55,112 nt of DNA, taken from IMG/VR virus record IMGVR_UViG_3300043399_000050, positions 1 through 55,112 of that record; one strand, given 5' to 3'. The notes beneath the pieces are model-generated. The model saw only the letters and a program-made list of their open reading frames with translations. It was not told where the DNA came from and searched no databases. Both the position numbers and the translations under genes were made by a program. This document shows, piece by piece, positions 36,238 through 46,000 of the stretch. Source of the DNA: a virus (Duplodnaviria; Caudoviricetes). The stretch's first letter is position 1. Each line of letters starts with the position of its first letter.

Positions 36238-36538
36238 GAGCGTTGCAACACCCGAATCAAAGGTGAAGCGTAAGGTGACGGAACTCCTGAAGAAGCACAA
36301 GGTTTGGTACTTCTTCCCCGCAAACAACGGGTTCGGTAGAGGGGGGATACCCGACATCATCGCCATCGTTGGAGGGGTGTTTGTAGGAATTGAATGTAAA
36401 GCAGACCGCACGAAGAAGCCGACAGAGTTGCAAGTGCGTTGTGGTGCAGAGATCAGAGATGCAGGTGGACAGTGGTTCTTGGTTTGTGATGACCACTCAC
36501 TGAGTCAGGTTGAAGCGTACATAGAAAAGAACAGGTGA
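36236..36538 (+). CDS. VRR-NUC endonuclease (Holliday junction resolvase-like)
   Basis: TPE.KVK, GIPD, IECK, PT.LQ, AGG. Confidence 0.9.
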   Translation: MSVATPESKVKRKVTELLKKHKVWYFFPANNGFGRGGIPDIIAIVGGVFVGIECKADRTKKPTELQVRCGAEIRDAGGQWFLVCDDHSLSQVEAYIEKNR

Positions 36539-36541
36539 CCC

Positions 36542-38092
36542 ATGCTAGTAGTTGAACGGGCTAAGACATTAGCCCTCAAACTGAACCACCCCAACAGGGT
36601 GCTAGAAACTATACCCACTGCCAAGACAGTGGAGGTTCGTGGCATCCCACTGGTACTTGCACCCCATCGGTTAGATGAAGTGAAGGTGCTGAACAACCTT
36701 GGCATCAAAGCCCCTAGCCCCATCCTGCATTACTACGACTGGCCCGGTCAGCACATCCCGTATGACCATCAGAAACAAACTGCCGCGTTCTTGACGCTGA
36801 ACCAACGCGGGTTGGTGCTAAACGAAATCGGTACAGGCAAAACCCAATCGTCTTTGTGGGCGGCTGACTACCTCATCAAGACAGGGCATGTAAAGAAAGT
36901 GCTGATTCTTTCACCACTGTCCACCCTTGAGCGAGTGTGGGGTGATGCACTGTTCAAAGAGTTTACACACCGCAAGTTCGTGGTGCTTCACGGTACTGCC
37001 AAGAAGCGGATTGAATTGCTCAAGCGCGATGTACAGTTTTATATCATCAACCACGATGGGTTTCAGATCATTGCTGAAGAAGCCGTGGGCATGTTTGATC
37101 TTGTCATCGTTGATGAAGCGGCAGTGCTACGCAACCCATCGACACGCAGGTTCAAGTTGTTCCGCAAGTGGATAGACATGAACCCTGCAACACGCTTGTG
37201 GTTGATGACTGGCACACCCACACCGAACGACCCGACAGACGCATGGGCTTTAGCCAAACTTGTTGGTAGCCCCAACTGCACCAAGACCTACACCGCTTTC
37301 CGTGAGCAGGTGATGATGAAGATTGGTCAGTGGAAGTTCATCCCCCGCCCTGAGTCGGTGGATATAGTGAAACATATTCTGCAACCTGCGGTGCGCTACA
37401 CCCGTGACGAGTGCTTTGATCTACCCGATACGGTGGTGCAGACACGGCAGGTAGATTTAACGCCTGAGCAATCACTTCATTACAAAAAGATGCTCAAACA
37501 TTTTGTATCCGAAGCAACCGAAGGAACCATCACTGCGGTCAACGAAGCGGTGAAGATTCAGAAGTTGGTTCAGATAGCCTGTGGCGTAGCCTATGGCGAT
37601 GACGGGCAGTGCATCGAACTGGACTGCTCACCCCGTGTGAACTTAGTGAAGGAGGTGATTGAAGAAGCAGGGGAAAAAGTGATTGTGTTCGTGCCGCTGA
37701 CTGGCACTCTGCACATGTTGGAGAAAGAACTTGCCAAGCATTGGTCGGTTGGTGTCGTCAACGGTGAGGTATCCTCACACAAGCGCAACCAAATCTTCCA
37801 CGACTTTCAGCACAGTAAAGACCCACATGTTCTGATTGCCCACCCCGGCACAATGGCGCATGGGCTTACGCTCACCACAGCGTCAACGATCATTTGGTAT
37901 GGCCCGATCAACAGCAACGAGCAGTACACCCAAGCAAATGGTCGGATTGAGCGTATCGGTAAGAAGCATGTGTCCAATGTAATCCACATCGAAGCCACTG
38001 AGTTGGAGTACAGAATGTACGAACGGCTCAAAAACAAACAGAAGTTACAAGGCTTGCTTCTTGATTTGATTCAACAAGAAACTAATAGGTGA
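36542..38092 (+). CDS. SNF2-like SF2 helicase
   Basis: YDHQ, EIGTGKT, IVDEA, MTGTP, HGLTL, QANGRIERIG. Confidence 0.92.
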   Translation: MLVVERAKTLALKLNHPNRVLETIPTAKTVEVRGIPLVLAPHRLDEVKVLNNLGIKAPSPILHYYDWPGQHIPYDHQKQTAAFLTLNQRGLVLNEIGTGKTQSSLWAADYLIKTGHVKKVLILSPLSTLERVWGDALFKEFTHRKFVVLHGTAKKRIELLKRDVQFYIINHDGFQIIAEEAVGMFDLVIVDEAAVLRNPSTRRFKLFRKWIDMNPATRLWLMTGTPTPNDPTDAWALAKLVGSPNCTKTYTAFREQVMMKIGQWKFIPRPESVDIVKHILQPAVRYTRDECFDLPDTVVQTRQVDLTPEQSLHYKKMLKHFVSEATEGTITAVNEAVKIQKLVQIACGVAYGDDGQCIELDCSPRVNLVKEVIEEAGEKVIVFVPLTGTLHMLEKELAKHWSVGVVNGEVSSHKRNQIFHDFQHSKDPHVLIAHPGTMAHGLTLTTASTIIWYGPINSNEQYTQANGRIERIGKKHVSNVIHIEATELEYRMYERLKNKQKLQGLLLDLIQQETNR

Positions 38093-38096
38093 CACT

Positions 38097-38501
38097 ATGA
38101 CAGTTAATGTAGACGATGTAGTTGCGACCTACATGAAGTTACGGTCGCAGAAGGAAGCCATCGAAGCCGAAGTCAAGGACAAGGTGGCAGGCATCAAAGC
38201 CAAGATGGAGAAGTTGGAAGCGTGGATTAAAGAACAGGCTGACGCGCAAGGTGTGACATCGTTCAAGACCAAGCACGGCACTGCGTTCCTAACCACAACC
38301 GACTACGCCAATGTTGCTGACTGGGATGCGGTGCTTGATTTCATCCGTACCCAAGAAGCCTACGACATGTTGGAGAAGCGCATCAGCAAGGTCGCAGTCC
38401 GTGGCTATATTGAAGCCAACAAAGCCGTTCCCCCCGGTGTCAATTACGGCACGAAGTTGGAGGTGAACATTCGTAAACCCGCCGTGAAAGTGGAGGACTG
38501 A
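38097..38501 (+). CDS. Conserved replication-cluster protein (coiled coil, PPGV motif)
   Basis: 134 aa; SFKT..GT, DWD, PPGV. Confidence 0.8.
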   Translation: MTVNVDDVVATYMKLRSQKEAIEAEVKDKVAGIKAKMEKLEAWIKEQADAQGVTSFKTKHGTAFLTTTDYANVADWDAVLDFIRTQEAYDMLEKRISKVAVRGYIEANKAVPPGVNYGTKLEVNIRKPAVKVED

Positions 38502-38502
38502 C

Positions 38503-38871
38503 ATGTTCGCAGGATGGTTTAGAAAGATGGTGCGTGAATCCATGAATGAGTTGGCAGGCGCACAAGTGCGTGAGTCCACACAGATGGAGCGCATGTTCGG
38601 TAACTGCTCACCCGCAGTCGTTGCGTTCAAAATCAACAACGGTTATGTGGTGCAAACGATTGACACCTCTAATGAAGTTGTTGGTGGTGTGCGCTCCACT
38701 GGGTTCACCTACTGCAAGGACAACCAAGCCATTGCAGATCACATTGTGGCGTCAGCCATGAAGGAAAAGATGGGGCTCCAACCCTATCAGCAAGAAATGT
38801 TTGAAGCGGCACAATCCAGTGCCAAGTTATCGACGACCAGTCGTTTTGCTACAACCAACCGCTCACTTTAA
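38503..38871 (+). CDS. Hypothetical protein
   Basis: 122 aa; GGAGG RBS. Confidence 0.7.
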   Translation: MFAGWFRKMVRESMNELAGAQVRESTQMERMFGNCSPAVVAFKINNGYVVQTIDTSNEVVGGVRSTGFTYCKDNQAIADHIVASAMKEKMGLQPYQQEMFEAAQSSAKLSTTSRFATTNRSL

Positions 38872-38881
38872 GGAGAAATCT

Positions 38882-39865
38882 ATGAGCAACCTGACCCTTG
38901 CTAATGTGCAAGTTCCCGCCCACCTCGCCACTCGCGTTGGTGTTCCTTCCGTTTTGTCCCAGTCTTTGGGTGGTGGTATCGGTGGTGGTGAATCCACTGC
39001 TCGTATCAGTATCAAAGGTTCGCGCTTCCGTATTGTTGAGGGCGGTACTGAGACTGTGATTGATGCCACCTCCCTAGATGTTGTGGTAGTTGGTGCTAAC
39101 CCCCGCCTGTCCAAGACTTGGTACGCCAAGCAGTGGACTCCTGAGAGCGAACCGTCTAGCCCTGACTGCTTCTCGTTGGATGGTGTGAGCCCTGACCCAC
39201 AAAGCGAAAGCCCTCAGAATGACCTGTGTGCATCTTGCCCACAGAACGCTTGGGGTTCCAAGATCACGCCGCAGGGCAAGCAGATCAAAGCCTGTTCCGA
39301 TCAGAAGCGTCTTGCTGTTGTGTCTGCTGATGACCCGACTGGGCCTATCTACTTGTTGCAGGTTACCCCTGCCGCACTGCAAGGTCTTGGCAAGTACCAA
39401 AAAGAATTGTCCATGCGCGGTATCCCCGCCGAGATCGTCCGTACCCGTGTATCATTTGACACCGATGCTTCGTTCCCCAAACTGAAGTTTGACTTCGGTG
39501 GATTCTTAGATGAAGCCACTCAAGCAGAAGTTGACAAACTGTTTGGTTCCGAGGAAGTTCGTCAAATCACTGGTGAATTGCGTGCGTCTACTCCTCCGGC
39601 AGTACCGCAAGTGACACACCAACAAGTTGCGCCGAAGCCCGCCCCTGTTGCGGCGGCTCCCCAACCCGCTCCTATCCCCGTGGCGGAACCTCAACCCGAA
39701 GCACCCAAGCGTGGCTTTGGCGCACCTAAAAAGGCGGCTCCTGCCGCTCCTGCAAAGGCGGCAACAGTTGTTGCACCCGCTTCTGCACCAGCCGCTCCGT
39801 CTGCCGCTTCACTGGCTGACGAGATCGCCGCACTTGTCGGGGAGGTAAATGCTGATGACGCCTAA
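38882..39865 (+). CDS. Putative ssDNA-binding/annealing protein with Zn site
   Basis: AAGGAG RBS; PDC.S.DG, C..CP.N.WGS, KAC; Pro/Ala linker; acidic end; location in the replication cluster. Confidence 0.65.
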   Translation: MSNLTLANVQVPAHLATRVGVPSVLSQSLGGGIGGGESTARISIKGSRFRIVEGGTETVIDATSLDVVVVGANPRLSKTWYAKQWTPESEPSSPDCFSLDGVSPDPQSESPQNDLCASCPQNAWGSKITPQGKQIKACSDQKRLAVVSADDPTGPIYLLQVTPAALQGLGKYQKELSMRGIPAEIVRTRVSFDTDASFPKLKFDFGGFLDEATQAEVDKLFGSEEVRQITGELRASTPPAVPQVTHQQVAPKPAPVAAAPQPAPIPVAEPQPEAPKRGFGAPKKAAPAAPAKAATVVAPASAPAAPSAASLADEIAALVGEVNADDA

Positions 39866-40142
39866 CCCGCCTATCGACTTTGTAAAGGTCGAGGCGTTAC
39901 GGAGGCACATGATGTTGACAACCGACAACATGGCGCGTCTGTTTGGTGTCAGTCGGATGACTTATTATGGGTGGGTTAAGGGTAAGCCCCTGCGCAAATC
40001 CAACGACGGAATGGTGAGGACTGTGCTAAAACAGTTGCTTGCTATCATGGTCGAGGACAAGTGGCCCACTCCTGATGTCATAGCGATGGAGCAACCACAA
40101 CGCAAGGAACGCCTTGACGAACTATTGAAGCGTTTTGAATGA
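39855..40142 (+). CDS. Cro/CI-type (XRE) HTH regulator
   Basis: LRR...LT...MARLFGVSRMTYYGW.KG.P. Confidence 0.85.
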   Translation: MTPNPPIDFVKVEALRRHMMLTTDNMARLFGVSRMTYYGWVKGKPLRKSNDGMVRTVLKQLLAIMVEDKWPTPDVIAMEQPQRKERLDELLKRFE

Positions 40143-40182
40143 GGTAAGGGGGGAGCAATCCCCCCTGAATAACGGGGACTGT

Positions 40183-43050
40183 ATGGACACGCTGAGTTTT
40201 CTTCAGCGAGTTTTACCAACTGAGGGATGGTACTGTGTAGCCAGTTTTGAGGGTGACAATCCAAAACCAAGGCATGGATACTTTGATTCAGTAGAAAAAC
40301 TCGCAAAAGTTATTGTTGCCCTGAACGGGCGTGGGATGAACACCTACTACTCTATCTCCACTTTCAAGGAGAAGCGTAGGCTCAAGGAGAATGTTCAACT
40401 CACCAAAGTCCTAGCCATAGATGTTGATTGTGGCATAGGCAAGAACGGAAAGCCGAAGCCCTTTCCAAATGCAAGTGAGGGCGCAAAGGCTCTTGTTGCT
40501 TTCGTCAAAGCGACAGGGCTACCCATGCCGATGATGATCTCGTCAGGCAACGGCATACATGTTTACTGGATATTGGATGAAGCGATAGCGCCTGAGCAGT
40601 GGAACCCACTGGCTCATGCTTTGAAAGCCGCTTGCTTGAAACACAACTTCACTCCCGACATTGGGGTGACTGGTGATAGCGCACGGATTCTGCGCCCTGT
40701 TGGGTGCGTCAACCCCTTTGGTGGAAAGACCGCAACCTTTATTCGCGACACGCAAGAAGTGTCGTATGCACAACTGTGGTCAATCCTTGAACCATATACA
40801 TCAGGCTCACCGTATGAGCCACCCGAGCGTAAACAATCTACCAGTAAGTTGCTGGATGCTTTGGCAGTCAAGCACGAGTACCAACCCGCAAATCCCGAGC
40901 GCATCATCAATGGATGCCAACAGATCAAATGGGCAGTCGAGCATCAGGACGAAGTGTCCGAACCCATGTGGTACAACCTCATCGGTGTAGCGGCGTTCTG
41001 TAATGAACCTGAGCAGGTAGCCATTGAGTGGAGCAAGAACCACCCCGGCTTTGACCAAACCGCAACCCTCAACAAGTTGCACCATTGGAAGCAGGGCGCG
41101 ACCGGCCCGACGACATGTCCGAAGTTTGAAACCGAACGCCCCGGTGGATGTAAGGGTTGTAAGTTCAAAGACAAGATCGGTAGCCCCGCAAGATTGGGAA
41201 CCCAGTTTGCAGAAGTCAAGTCGATGGCGGCACTTGCTGACCCATTGGCGGCAGAGATTCCAGTACCCAAACCGTTTAAGCGCACCACAGATGGCATGAA
41301 GATGGTGATTGATGACACGGATGTGGATGTGTGTAAGTTTGACTTGTATCCGATTGGATACGGGAGAGACGAGGGGTTGGGTTATGAAGTCGTGCGCTAC
41401 ATGTGGAATCGCCCGCATGTGGGGTGGACTGAGTTAGCCCTACGGCAAGCCCATCTGACTGATGGTAGCCGTGACTTTGCCGCCGCGATTGCCGATCAGG
41501 GCATCGTACTTTTTAACAAGAACCAAACGGGATATTTCCAAATGCTTCTACGCTCATACATGGAGGAGTTGAAGCAACGCCGTGGACTGACCAACCTTTA
41601 TTCTTCAATGGGATGGAAGGATAACTACAACGAGTTTGTCATCGGCAATGCTGTGATGCGCCGTAATGCTAACGGTGAAGTCACCTCCGAACAAATCAAC
41701 CTAGCGGCATCCATTGGTCGAGTCACCGAGGACATGTATGCGTCCAAGGGCTCGCTTGAAGAATGGGTGAACTTCACAAACATCTTGCAGACTGGCGGCT
41801 TGACACTCCACAAGTTCTTGCTAGGCTTCTCATTCGGCACACCGCTACTGAAGATCAGTGGCTTGAAGGGTTTAATCCTGTCGCTCTACGGCAAGACTGG
41901 TGGCGGCAAGACCTTGGGTCAGTACATGATGCAGTCCATTTGGGGCAACCCTGACCTGCTCCATTTCGGTGGCAAGTTCACACAAAATGGTTTGTTCTCT
42001 CGCTTGGCTTTGCATGGCAACACGCCCATGACCGTGGACGAACTGACCATGATGAACAACGAGGAAGCGGGTGACTTACTTTACTGGACTAGCCAAGGGC
42101 GAGACAAGGCAAGATTGAACCGCAACTCCGAGGAACGGGCGATCAAAGAGTGGGCAACCACCTTGACTGCATCCACCAACGAGTCGCTACATAGCAAACT
42201 GTTTGCCCACGGACACGCAACCGATGCGCAACTGGCTCGACTGATTGAGTTCAATGTTCACCCCCATCCACTGTTCATCAAGAACACACAAGTTGGTAGG
42301 CAAATCCACGCTTTTCTAATGAGCAACTACGGACTGGCTGGCCCTGAGTTTATGAAACGCATCATGGTGATGGGCGCACCTGCCGTCAAAGGGATGCTTG
42401 AACATGCTCTTGCGGAGTTCCCCAAAAAGTACGGGGTACATTTTTCAGGCGAAGATCGGTTCATCGAAGCGGGTCTAGTGCTTGCTGACTTGGGCAACCA
42501 ACTTGCCAAAGAGTGGGGCTTAGTCCTGTATGACTATGAGGACGCAACTGCTTGGGCAGTGAATGAAGTCAAGAGCATGAAGTCCGTAGCCGAGGGTAAC
42601 AAGTCAGATGCCTTCGACACCTTGGGGGAGTTCATCAACGAACACATGGATAAGATGGTTAGTGTCAGCCACACCGATGGACAGAAACCCATGCGGGACA
42701 ACACCCGCCCATACATTGATGAGGTGGTTATTCGTTACGACTTCTACCGCAAGAACTTCACTGATGTGTACCACGGTGGTACGGTGCTAATCGAACGCAC
42801 GGCACTACGCAAGTGGTTGTCCCGCAGAGGTGTGGACTTCAAAGGATTCATACGGGAGTTTGAGGAAGAAGGCATCATCGCCACACCCAAGTCGCAGAAG
42901 GCATATTTCGGTAAAGATATTGGGCTAAAGATTCCGCAGTGCTATGTGATTGGCGTCAACCTCAATCACCCACGCTTGCAGGGAATCTTGGATGACGCCG
43001 CTTCTCAGCCTATTGAGAACCTAACGCATGGGCAGTTGAAGGTAGTTTAA
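40183..43050 (+). CDS. Primase (RepB/AEP-like) + PriCT-like + DUF927 helicase
   Basis: DVD, SSGNGIHVYW, RILRP.G..N; C-rich linker; GW motif; YGKTGGGKT Walker A, VDE Walker B, STN. Confidence 0.88.
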   Translation: MDTLSFLQRVLPTEGWYCVASFEGDNPKPRHGYFDSVEKLAKVIVALNGRGMNTYYSISTFKEKRRLKENVQLTKVLAIDVDCGIGKNGKPKPFPNASEGAKALVAFVKATGLPMPMMISSGNGIHVYWILDEAIAPEQWNPLAHALKAACLKHNFTPDIGVTGDSARILRPVGCVNPFGGKTATFIRDTQEVSYAQLWSILEPYTSGSPYEPPERKQSTSKLLDALAVKHEYQPANPERIINGCQQIKWAVEHQDEVSEPMWYNLIGVAAFCNEPEQVAIEWSKNHPGFDQTATLNKLHHWKQGATGPTTCPKFETERPGGCKGCKFKDKIGSPARLGTQFAEVKSMAALADPLAAEIPVPKPFKRTTDGMKMVIDDTDVDVCKFDLYPIGYGRDEGLGYEVVRYMWNRPHVGWTELALRQAHLTDGSRDFAAAIADQGIVLFNKNQTGYFQMLLRSYMEELKQRRGLTNLYSSMGWKDNYNEFVIGNAVMRRNANGEVTSEQINLAASIGRVTEDMYASKGSLEEWVNFTNILQTGGLTLHKFLLGFSFGTPLLKISGLKGLILSLYGKTGGGKTLGQYMMQSIWGNPDLLHFGGKFTQNGLFSRLALHGNTPMTVDELTMMNNEEAGDLLYWTSQGRDKARLNRNSEERAIKEWATTLTASTNESLHSKLFAHGHATDAQLARLIEFNVHPHPLFIKNTQVGRQIHAFLMSNYGLAGPEFMKRIMVMGAPAVKGMLEHALAEFPKKYGVHFSGEDRFIEAGLVLADLGNQLAKEWGLVLYDYEDATAWAVNEVKSMKSVAEGNKSDAFDTLGEFINEHMDKMVSVSHTDGQKPMRDNTRPYIDEVVIRYDFYRKNFTDVYHGGTVLIERTALRKWLSRRGVDFKGFIREFEEEGIIATPKSQKAYFGKDIGLKIPQCYVIGVNLNHPRLQGILDDAASQPIENLTHGQLKVV

Positions 43051-46000
43051 TCGGGGACACCCGCAAGGGTTTCCTCGTCTACCCCATACATGCGCAGAAG
43101 TTCTTTGGCTTCTGCACGACCCGCCTGCGCGGAGGACTTGAGCGCACGAATCGCCATTGGTTTTTTGGCTTCACGGAAAGCACGGTTGACCGAGTTACCA
43201 AAGTTCCTGATCTCAAGGCGTGTACCCTTAGTGGATTCGTTCCACTCACGAATGTAGTCTTTGACTGCGGCTTCTGACTCACGGTCGCCTGACAGACGGG
43301 CAGATACAGAACGGCGCACCGCTTCAGTCTTAATCATCTGCATGTAGGCTTGTTCTTGAGAGTCAGCCATCAACCAGTCCATCTGAGCCTGTGCGCGGGA
43401 TGGATGCCAGCCCATCGCTTTACCCATGATCTCCCAAGTTGTTGCGTTCTGAGAAACTACATAACCTTTCTTGTCCGTAATCGCACCCGTGTTGTGGTAC
43501 TTGAACGCATCGCCAAGGTTAGCGATTGCCCGTACTGGGGAGTCACCCATCAGGGATGTGAAACTCTTGCGACCCGTAACCACTCCGGGGATGGTGTTGA
43601 AGGTGTACTCAAACGCACCTGCCAAGAACGAAGTAGGCGCACCTGCGATGTTGACCACTTCACGAAGAATCTCTTGCTTGGTAGCCGAAGGCTTGAGCAG
43701 ACCAGTGCCGGGGACAATATCGCCAAGACCCAAGCGGTTGGAGAATGACCAGCCAGTGAAGTGGTCAAGCAGACCACGCATCATGATCGGAGTCAGATCG
43801 TTGGCAAGTTCTTCACCCACGGTGTTGCGCAAGATACGAGCAAACTCTTTCTCAATCGAACCAGTCTTGAGGCCAAGACGCTGGGCAATACCATCAACAA
43901 TGTCCAACAAGTCGTCAGAACCCGGTAGTCCTCTCACCCCGGAGAGCAGGAGCAACGACCCAAGCATGATGATTCGCCCTTCGTAATTCATATTCTTGAG
44001 CAACTGAATCATCATAATCGGGTACTGTTTGTACATGTACACGAAGGACTGCAAGCCACCACGGAAGAAAGCAGGGCGGTTGTACTGAGCGTAATCACCT
44101 TGCGTTGCATCAACGGCACGAGTGGCTACCCCACGGGCGGCAATGTCGGCTTGCGTTGTCGTAGCGCCAGAAGCAATCTGCCGATCATACTCACCACGAT
44201 ATGCTGCTAGGAGTGTGACTCGACGGTTGAACTGCTCGGTGTAAGCGAAGGGGAACATCCAAGCCTGAATAAATTTCTGCGCAGTTGGGTTACCAGTGAT
44301 GCGGCGACCACGGCTAGTACCAGTCATGGCGTTGAATTGAGCGGCGTCAAGGCGTTGCTCCTCAGTCATCTGCTCAAGGAAAGACAACTCACCGAGGGTT
44401 AAGCCATCCTTATTGGTCTTAGCACCTGACTTCTGTAAGGCTTCGATTTGATCTTTGATGTACTGAAGGTTGGCGTACTTGAAGTTGCCCACCCGCATAC
44501 CATAGGAAAGCAAAAGCGATGCGGCTTTACCTGCACCCAGTCCGACACCAAAGCCAGTCTTGGGGTTGAAGGTAGACAGGTACGCCCATGAGTTTGTCGG
44601 CAACGAAAGCACTTGCGTTACGCCAGTGGCAATGGAGCCACCTAGTTGGGCAATAGCCGCCCAAGTACGAGCCGCAACCGACCACTCGTTGTTTGTCCAA
44701 ATGTCATCGGCGTGAACGATGTCACCCGTAGAGTCGAGCCAGTCGATCATGGACTTGGCGCGTTCCTTATAGTAGTTACCCTTGGTGACAAACTTATCGT
44801 CAGGAGCCACGGCATTGCCATAATAGTATTTCTCTTGGAAGTACTCGCGTGCTGCCAGTTCTTTGGCTTCACCCTTGGCGGATTCCCACTTCAGGCGCAG
44901 TTCTTCCAGTCGGTCAGCATCGCCTTCCCAGTTCAGTGGGTTGTCAATGATCTCGTCATACTGGTGGCGGAACTCTTTGTTAGCGGCAGTGTAGGCTTGT
45001 TGCTCCAAGAAGGCAGACGCACTACGAACCACATCAGCATCCCAGCCAGCCATACCTGCACGCTGGAGGTTGGCACGAGCGCGGGTGTTTTGTGCCGTGA
45101 CTTTCTTAACGAGCGTGTCGCGCTCACCCGGAGTCAGGCGGATGCCAAGACGGGACAGGGAATACATCACTTCGTCATAGTGCAAGATGTCTACCAGTGC
45201 TGGTGTCTGTTCAGCGACGGAGGCTACGGCACGCAAATAGACGGTCTGTGCAACTCCGTCTTTGTCACGCATCTCATGCTCACCCGCAAGGATGGCATCA
45301 ACTTCATCCTTGACTTCACGGGCGGCTTTCTCGTTTGCCACCTTGGTAAAGAACAGGGAGTCTTGCTGGCTCTGCGACAGACGGACTGGAATCTCTTTGC
45401 CACCTTCCATACGGTAGGCTTGGACACGCACTTGCCAGTCGCCGTCACGGGTCAAGGGTACATAGTTACCAGCGATGGTGCGCTTGGCGTACATCTGATC
45501 GTCATTGATCGAAGCGGCAAACATGGTGCGCTCCTCCACCCGGCGAACCAACGCCCAAATGGAGTTACCGTTCACATCGTCCAACTCAGGGTCAGTACCG
45601 ATGCGCAGTTTGGGGCGCAACCCTTTAACAATCTCGTTGACTTCCTCAGCCGTGTAACCTTTGACGGTCTTAGCCAAGTCGTTCAAGGCAAGGTCAGTGT
45701 AAAGTGAGCGACCAAACTTCTTGTTTAGCCATTCGTTGGCGTTGTCCTCAGACTGTTCGCTTAGTACCAAGCGGTTGTCTTTGTAGACTGCTTCTTCCAT
45801 ACGCATGTCATCGTAGATAGCCACGATGTCGTCAATGAACTTGCGTTCGCGTGCAGTCAGTCCAGACTTGAAAGCATCTCCGATACCAGCCGTAACTGTG
45901 CGGGTCTGTTCATGGATAGCACCCATGTACTTGGAGCGCAGAATATCCACGGCACTATTGGCGATGGTGTCAGAGAACTCTTGGTAGACCTTGTACTCAA

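Noticed and set aside
43047-43050. Overlapping TTAA stops where the two arms converge
   Set aside because: Ordinary compact convergent junction; no terminator or att-like site evident
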